IMG/VR virus record: IMGVR_UViG_3300017644_000001
Span: 1 to 58,993 of that record
From: a virus
Taxonomy: Duplodnaviria > Caudoviricetes
DNA length: 58,993 nt
Strand: one strand, 5' to 3'
Within the stretch, counting starts at the first letter, position 1, and every line of letters starts with the position of its first letter. The notes below the pieces were generated by a model, which was not told where the DNA came from, did not search any database, and saw only the letters and a list, made by a program, of their open reading frames with translations. Both the position numbers and the translations under genes were made by a program. This document shows, in pieces, positions 53,729-58,993 of the stretch.

Positions 53729-54864
53729 TGCAGTGGTCACCGCAACAGGACGACGCGCTTCGGCGCGTCGCGGCCTGGATCAATGATCGCAGCGCGCCGC
53801 AGGTCTTTCGTCTGTTCGGCTTCGCCGGCACCGGCAAGACGACGCTGGCGAAGCACATCGCGGCCGGCGTCAAAGGGCCGGTTGTGTTCGGGGCATTTAC
53901 CGGGAAGGCCGCGCTCGTCTTGCGCGGCAAGGGCTGCGCCGACGCCAAGACGATCCACTCGCTGATCTATCGGCTCGACGAGGAGAACTACGGCGACCCG
54001 ACGTTCATCCTCAATCGCGATAGCGAGGTGGCGGGCGCCGATCTGGTCATCATCGACGAGTGTTCGATGGTCGGTGAGGAGCTTGGGCGCGACCTGCTGT
54101 CGTTCGGGACAAAGGTGCTTGTCCTTGGCGACCCGGCGCAGCTTCCGCCGGTCAACGGCGAGGGCTTCTTCACGAACCAGCGCCCCGACTTCATGCTGAC
54201 CGAAATTCATCGGCAAGCCCGCGACAACCCGATCATCGCCATGTCGCAGGTCGTTCGCGAAGGCGGACGTCTGGACGTCGGTGACTACGGGAGCAGTCGC
54301 GTCATCCGGCGAAGCGATGTCCAGACCGACGAGGTCTTGGCCGCCGATACGATCCTGGTCGGCAAGAACGCCACACGACGCGCCTATAACCGGCGGGTCC
54401 GCAAGCTGCTCGGCCGCGAGTTCGCTCTTGTCCCCGAGCCGGGCGACAAGCTGGTCTGTCTCAAGAACAAGCGGACCAAGGGTCTGCTCAACGGCGGCAT
54501 CTGGGCGGCCCGAGACGTCAAGACGTCAAGCGGCGGCAAGCGCAACCTGCGCGACGCGCTCGTGTTCCGCATGGAGATCGTACCTCAAGACCCAGGCGAG
54601 GATCAGCGTGTCGTGAAGGCGCTCGTCGCCCGCGCCTTCTTTGAAGGCGCCGAGCGCGACATGCCCTGGAAGGAGCGGAAGCGATACGACGAGTTCGACT
54701 TTGGCTACGCGCTAACGGTTCACAAGGCCCAGGGCTCGCAATGGCCGAACGTGACCGTGTTCGACGAGAGCGCGATCTTCCAGGAGGATCGAGCGCGGCA
54801 CCTCTACACCGCGATCACTCGCGCCAGCGAGCGCGTGACCGTCGTTGATCTTGGCGGTGCGTGA
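53728..54864 (+). CDS. SF1B RecD/Dda-like helicase
   Basis: GFAGTGKT, IIDECSM, GDPAQLPPV, EIHRQ, YALTVHKAQGS and YTAITRA. Confidence 0.92.
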   Translation: MQWSPQQDDALRRVAAWINDRSAPQVFRLFGFAGTGKTTLAKHIAAGVKGPVVFGAFTGKAALVLRGKGCADAKTIHSLIYRLDEENYGDPTFILNRDSEVAGADLVIIDECSMVGEELGRDLLSFGTKVLVLGDPAQLPPVNGEGFFTNQRPDFMLTEIHRQARDNPIIAMSQVVREGGRLDVGDYGSSRVIRRSDVQTDEVLAADTILVGKNATRRAYNRRVRKLLGREFALVPEPGDKLVCLKNKRTKGLLNGGIWAARDVKTSSGGKRNLRDALVFRMEIVPQDPGEDQRVVKALVARAFFEGAERDMPWKERKRYDEFDFGYALTVHKAQGSQWPNVTVFDESAIFQEDRARHLYTAITRASERVTVVDLGGA

Positions 54865-55289
54865 TGGGGCTGATGTTCCCCAAGCGCCGCACCAAGGCGC
54901 CGGCCGCGGATCGCGGCAAGGACGTCGGGCACCTGCGCTTGATCCGCGCGTGCCCTTGCCTTGCCTGCCTCGCCGAGCCAGCCGAGGCAGCGCACGTCCG
55001 TTACTCCGACGCGGCGCGCGGCAAGGTCAATCCGGGGATCGGCCGAAAGCCAGAGGACCGCTGGACCGTTCCGCTTTGCCCGCGCTGCCACCGGACCGGG
55101 ACCGCCGCGCAGCACAGCACCAACGAGCGGGCGTGGTGGGAAGCGCACCGGATCGACCCGCTCGCAGCGGCCATCGCGCTGCATCGCATCTCAACGACGT
55201 GCCGCAGCCGCAAGTTGGCCGAGCACATGACCATCGAACTGATGCGCGCCGAGGTCCGGCGGCGCCATAGGAGGATTACGAACCAATGA
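54864..55289 (+). CDS. DUF968 / HNHc-like nuclease
   Basis: HL..IR..PCLAC..AAHVR..KPED..TVPLC..CH..QH. Confidence 0.8.
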   Translation: MGLMFPKRRTKAPAADRGKDVGHLRLIRACPCLACLAEPAEAAHVRYSDAARGKVNPGIGRKPEDRWTVPLCPRCHRTGTAAQHSTNERAWWEAHRIDPLAAAIALHRISTTCRSRKLAEHMTIELMRAEVRRRHRRITNQ

Positions 55290-55522
55290 GACTGTGGATC
55301 GTCTCTTACCGCTACATCGACCAAGCCGGCGAGCGGCACGACAACGTCGGGCTCTGGCCGCTGCATCCCGCATCCGTGATGCTGGCGTCGTTCCGTAATG
55401 AGTGCGTTCGGATCGACCGCATCTACTCGGTGACGGAAGTCCCCGACGAACACATCGACCCGGACGCCATCATCGACGGCCTCGTCGCGCCCTCCCCTGC
55501 CCCAGGAGTTGCTCACCGATGA
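55286..55522 (+). CDS. Hypothetical protein
   Basis: 78 aa, AGGAGG RBS, ATGA-coupled. Confidence 0.65.
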   Translation: MRLWIVSYRYIDQAGERHDNVGLWPLHPASVMLASFRNECVRIDRIYSVTEVPDEHIDPDAIIDGLVAPSPAPGVAHR

Positions 55523-56106
55523 ACGAAGCGATCAAAGCATACCCGTTGACGTGGCCTGACGGCTTCCCGCGCTCGCCACGCCGCAACACCAGCCAGTTCA
55601 AGACCACCTTGGCCGGCGCGCTGCGGAATGTGCAGGACAGCCTTCGGCGCTTCGCCACCGACAGCGGACGCAAGCTCGACGGCGTCACGATCTCGTCGAA
55701 CGTCACGCTCGGCTCGGAGCGGCCGGACGATCCTGCGGTCGCGGTCTGGTTTACCTGGGACGGCTTGCAAGTCTGCATCGCCGTTGATCGGTATCAGGCC
55801 GTGCAAGACAACCTCCAAGCGATCCACCACATCCTCGAAGCGCGTCGGACGGAACTTCGGCACGGAACTCTCGCGCTGGTCCGCGCCACGTTCCGCGGGT
55901 TCCAGGCGTTGCCGCCACCGCCGGGCAAAAAGTCGTGGCGGCAGGTTCTCGGCTTCGCCGCCGACAGCGCGCCGGGGAAAGACCAAATCGCGAGCGCATA
56001 TCGCAGCCTCGCCTCGCGGTTGCACCCAGACGCCAGCGGCGGCTCCCACGAAGCGATGTCGGAATTAAACGCCGCGCGCGACGCGGCGTTGAAAGAGGTT
56101 GGCTGA
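55519..56106 (+). CDS. J-domain (DnaJ-like) phage protein
   Basis: YPLTWP, ISSN, DPAVAVWF and a C-terminal J-domain AYR..LHPD..MSELN.AR. Confidence 0.9.
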   Translation: MNEAIKAYPLTWPDGFPRSPRRNTSQFKTTLAGALRNVQDSLRRFATDSGRKLDGVTISSNVTLGSERPDDPAVAVWFTWDGLQVCIAVDRYQAVQDNLQAIHHILEARRTELRHGTLALVRATFRGFQALPPPPGKKSWRQVLGFAADSAPGKDQIASAYRSLASRLHPDASGGSHEAMSELNAARDAALKEVG

Positions 56107-56240
56107 TGGAGAACCGTTGCGCCGCAGCACAAAAACGTGTGGCCGGAATGGGTGTCCTGACACCATCGCAGAGGTGCCACGACTACAATTCAGGCGTTCA
56201 TGAAAACCGTGAACGGCAACCAAAAGGGGGCATTTTTGCT

Positions 56241-56696
56241 ATGTTGAGTAGTGCCATCGAGCCGCCACAAGCGGCCGAGGATTGTCAGGATTTTGAAGCT
56301 CTACGCGGGCCACAAGACTGCTACAGGTTGTGGTCATCACATTGGTGGTCGAGCGACCGGGATCGCCACGTCTTGCTGATCGGCCTCTATCCCGAGGTGC
56401 CGCTCAAGGCGCCGACGAGCAGCGAGCGGCGGCTGGCCGAGCGGCTCGGTTGCACCGGGATCATCAAGGTGAATGTCTGCGATCTGCGGGCGGCCGACCT
56501 CGACGCAATCCGTGATGCCGGCATCGTGGCGTGCAGCGGGTTGAACCGATCATCCATCGTCGAGCTTGCCGGGGACGCTGCCGCGGTCGTCGTCTGTTGG
56601 GACGCAGTCCCCGAACCATTGAGCGGCTTCGTGGAACGGGTGCTCAGCGATCTGCGTGCCGTTGGCATCAAACCGATTTACCCGCTGCATGGGTAA
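56241..56696 (+). CDS. Degenerate DUF1643-like protein
   Basis: YR..W..LLIGLYP..G..KVNV.DLRAADL..N..VVVCW follows the DUF1643 layout but lacks NPSTA and DPT. Confidence 0.55.
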   Translation: MLSSAIEPPQAAEDCQDFEALRGPQDCYRLWSSHWWSSDRDRHVLLIGLYPEVPLKAPTSSERRLAERLGCTGIIKVNVCDLRAADLDAIRDAGIVACSGLNRSSIVELAGDAAAVVVCWDAVPEPLSGFVERVLSDLRAVGIKPIYPLHG

Positions 56697-56737
56697 CGCC
56701 ACGCAACTCGCCGGCATCGTTAGCTTTGGAGCATTCT

Positions 56738-57094
56738 ATGACTACCCGCGTTCCGTGTTGCGTTCCCGGTTGCGGCCGAACCTTCTCGGCTGACGTTGCC
56801 GGCGATTGCGACGAGTTGATGTGTCGCCGCCACTGGCGGATGGCCGACACCCTTCTCCGGGATCGGCACAAGAGGATTAGAAAACGTATCCGCAAGCTGA
56901 TCCGGCTTGCCAGCCACAAGGCGATCCGCGCCAAAGGAGACGACAGGATCGACCGAGTGTGGCAACGCCTGCGGCGCGCCGAACAAGCCGCGTGGCAATC
57001 CATCAAAGAGGACGTGACGATCAAGGCCGCGCTCGACGCCGAGGCGGCGCCAAAGCGCCGCCCGCGGCATGACATGGAGCCGAGCCTTGGCTGA
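56738..57094 (+). CDS. Cys-rich basic hypothetical protein
   Basis: CCVPGC..MCRRHW; GGAG RBS. Confidence 0.7.
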   Translation: MTTRVPCCVPGCGRTFSADVAGDCDELMCRRHWRMADTLLRDRHKRIRKRIRKLIRLASHKAIRAKGDDRIDRVWQRLRRAEQAAWQSIKEDVTIKAALDAEAAPKRRPRHDMEPSLG

Positions 57095-57305
57095 CGATTT
57101 CGATAGTTCGCGGGAAGCGATGCGGCGTGCCCAGGCACGCATGACCACGCTCGGCCAGAAGATTTGCGACGAGTGGATGGAGCGGCTCGAACGCCGCGCC
57201 GCTGTTGCGTTGAAGTTCTATAGAGCCGACGAGTTGTCGTGGGCTTATCACCCAGGCGAGCCAGAACCGCGGCTTGTCGTTACGCCGAGGCCGCGCCGTG
57301 ACTGA
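57069..57305 (+). CDS. Hypothetical protein (start uncertain)
   Basis: ~78 aa bridging the two flanking ORFs. Confidence 0.5.
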   Translation: MTWSRALADDFDSSREAMRRAQARMTTLGQKICDEWMERLERRAAVALKFYRADELSWAYHPGEPEPRLVVTPRPRRD

Positions 57306-57525
57306 TAGGACCGCGGACGTGAAGGAGATCGAGCGCGCCGTCGTGCTGATGGCTTACGTCGTCGTGACGCACGGCCCGGCATATAGCCCGGTCCTCGAAT
57401 ATCTTGAGCAGGAGTTGGCCGCGGCTCGGGATCGCAACCCTGTGGCGCGCGCACAACGGCTTCTCGAAAACTACACCTTGGACGGCGGCCGAAACGCGAT
57501 GCGCTTGAGCCACCGCACCTTCTGA
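57298..57525 (+). CDS. Small protein converging on the integrase; candidate recombination directionality factor
   Basis: 75 aa from GTG with GAGG RBS; last early gene; overlaps the int 3' end by 55 nt. Function inferred from position. Confidence 0.5.
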   Translation: MTDRTADVKEIERAVVLMAYVVVTHGPAYSPVLEYLEQELAAARDRNPVARAQRLLENYTLDGGRNAMRLSHRTF

Positions 57526-58784
57526 TCCAGCGTCGGGCCGGCACCGTATTTCGGCCGCTGGAACTTGTGCCCCATCAGCGCCGCGATCAGCTTGTCCGGA
57601 GCCTCTACCGCGGACAAGCGATCCTCGAACGTATGGCGCAGCGAGTACATCGAGTGCTGCGGCGTCGGTAAGAGCTTCCTCGTTTCGAGAACCTTGTTCA
57701 CCAGATTGGACAAGGATGTGGACTTGTCCCGGTATCGCGGGAAGCCATCCGGTTGCATCTGCATCGCGTCGAGCGCCACCCCGACGAGCGGGATGTCGCG
57801 CTGCGACTGTAGCGTCTTCATGCGCCGGCCGTCTGGTCGGACCTGCACATGCGGAATGTCGCCATCGAGGATAATCGTCTCGGCCGTCAGGTTGACCGCC
57901 TCGGACGGCCGCATCCCAGTTTCGACCATCAGGAAGATCACGCGGCGCGCTTCCGGGTTAAGCGTGTCGAGTGCGCCGGGCGCCAGGAGACTACGCTGCA
58001 CAAAGTCCGGAGGGAACGGCGGGCGCGAGTGATCTACCTTCCCCGCGATCCGCAGCCGCGAAAATACCGGCTCAAGGTTGAGCCGGCGCGCCTCGTTTAC
58101 GACGCGCCACATCGAACTCATCACGGCAATCTTCTTGTTCGCTGACGAGATCGCAATACCTTCCTTGGTGACACGGTTCTGCCAGAACTCGCGAAGATCG
58201 AGCGCGTTGTCGCGGGTGATCTGGTCAAGGTTCTTGTCGCCCATAGCCTTGATCGCGCACTGGACCGCGGAGGTGATGAAGTTGTGGCGCTGACGTTTTT
58301 GGTCTGGCGACATATCGGACATTGCCGCCCGCATCTGCGTCTCATACTCGGCAACCAGATCAGATAGCCGCAGTCGCGGCCGCTCGACGCCGCCGAGCAG
58401 CGCCTCGACGGTCTGGCGATCTTCCAGCGCCCCCTTTTCCTCTAGCGCCCGGAGCCGAGCCAGCACCTCGGCGAGCCCTCGGCTCGGGAGATCTTGCGCC
58501 AGGACATAGTCGAACCCGAGCGAGCGCGCCCTAGCGCGCGCCGCGTCGTAGCGGCTCCGCGCCTCGGCGCTGCCGCCATTGGACAGGCCGTTCCAATAGG
58601 CTTCGAGGTTGCGGTTAAGCTCGTCCACGACGAGTATGGCGCGGGCGCTGCGCGGATCGTCGGCGACCCGGATATTGGTGCTGATACGGACCAGCTTGCG
58701 TCGGTCGAGGTGTTCAAATCGCTTCGGGACGCGCCGGATCAAATACCAGACGCCGTCCCGCTTTATCGGGCGGACAGGCTTCAT
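57471..58784 (-). CDS. Tyrosine recombinase/integrase with a DUF6538-like N-terminus
   Basis: WYLIRRVP, TGMRPSE (R), MKT (K), YSLRHTF, LMGH and KYG (Y); adjacent to att. Confidence 0.95.
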   Translation of the reverse strand: MKPVRPIKRDGVWYLIRRVPKRFEHLDRRKLVRISTNIRVADDPRSARAILVVDELNRNLEAYWNGLSNGGSAEARSRYDAARARARSLGFDYVLAQDLPSRGLAEVLARLRALEEKGALEDRQTVEALLGGVERPRLRLSDLVAEYETQMRAAMSDMSPDQKRQRHNFITSAVQCAIKAMGDKNLDQITRDNALDLREFWQNRVTKEGIAISSANKKIAVMSSMWRVVNEARRLNLEPVFSRLRIAGKVDHSRPPFPPDFVQRSLLAPGALDTLNPEARRVIFLMVETGMRPSEAVNLTAETIILDGDIPHVQVRPDGRRMKTLQSQRDIPLVGVALDAMQMQPDGFPRYRDKSTSLSNLVNKVLETRKLLPTPQHSMYSLRHTFEDRLSAVEAPDKLIAALMGHKFQRPKYGAGPTLDQKVRWLKRIAFRPPSKV

Positions 58785-58839
58785 GAATTGAGTGATCGTT
58801 ATCCAGTTGTATCGCGGAAGCGATACTAGCCTACCGCTC

Positions 58840-58853
58840 GTGTGAAAATACAA
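58840..58853. promoter_or_regulatory. Operator-like site GTGTG-AAAA-TACAA upstream of the integrase
   Basis: 8/10 match to TTGTA-N4-TACAA; hairpin GTATCGC-GGAA-GCGATAC nearby at 58809-58826. Confidence 0.5.
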
Positions 58854-58880
58854 CGGTTTTTTTGTCGCTAGTTCAAAAGC

Positions 58881-58993
58881 TTAACCGATAAGATTGCGAA
58901 GGCCGCAATGGCTCTCGAACCGGACCCCGCGCAGCACGACCATTTCGTCGTAACCCTCGATCTCGTCGAAGGATTTCTGCAATACCTGCTCGG
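58881..58993 (-). pseudogene. folE: Host GTP cyclohydrolase I, 5' part, truncated by the prophage
   Basis: [29 protein letters not shown] followed by phage-derived GLRNLIG* (TAA at 58881-58883). Confidence 0.95.
58904..58913. repeat. att core, right junction (CGCAATGGCT)
   Basis: Direct repeat of 114-123. Confidence 0.9.

Larger units (their letters stand above)
114..58913. mobile_element. Apparently complete temperate prophage (lambda-like head, P2-like contractile tail) integrated in folE
   Basis: Direct repeat CGCAATGGCT at both ends; the two folE halves join in frame across it; integrase, repressor, replication, packaging, head, tail and lysis modules are all present. Confidence 0.95.

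Noticed and set aside
58785-58853. Extended integrase N-terminus from TTG at 58853
   Set aside because: The extension lies in an AT-rich regulatory zone containing a hairpin and an operator-like site; ATG at 58784 directly precedes the conserved N-terminal domain.
1-58993. CRISPR array, DGR/reverse transcriptase, invertible tail-fibre cassette, IS element, tRNA genes
   Set aside because: None recognisable by eye or in the ORF track.

Overview
The window is almost entirely one apparently complete ~58.8 kb temperate prophage in a high-GC alphaproteobacterium. The host is Hyphomicrobiales-like, inferred from the folE sequence, a SuhB/MmgR-type sRNA, and GapR-like and Cro-like genes. The prophage sits inside the host GTP cyclohydrolase I gene folE, at the codons for the Zn-binding ESHC|EHH motif, with the att core CGCAATGGCT at 114-123 and 58904-58913. 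The minus strand carries the lysis cassette, a P2-like contractile tail and baseplate, a lambda-like head and packaging module, a ParB / methyltransferase-fold / PLP-enzyme module beside the likely cos site, and cro plus replication genes. The plus strand carries cI, a recombination operon and two accessory clusters. A tyrosine integrase lies at the right end. The most notable points are: (1) folE is split at its active site and the phage supplies no replacement 5' half; (2) a candidate DNA hypermodification module (CPPY-type MTase fold plus fold-II PLP enzyme); (3) a CI repressor that has lost its autocleavage residues; (4) a TTGTA-N4-TACAA operator set reaching a distant accessory operon and the integrase; (5) a ~500 nt structured non-coding region in the late operon; (6) a phage-borne anti-SD sRNA. 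All product calls come from motif recognition by eye; no database searches or folding programs were run.
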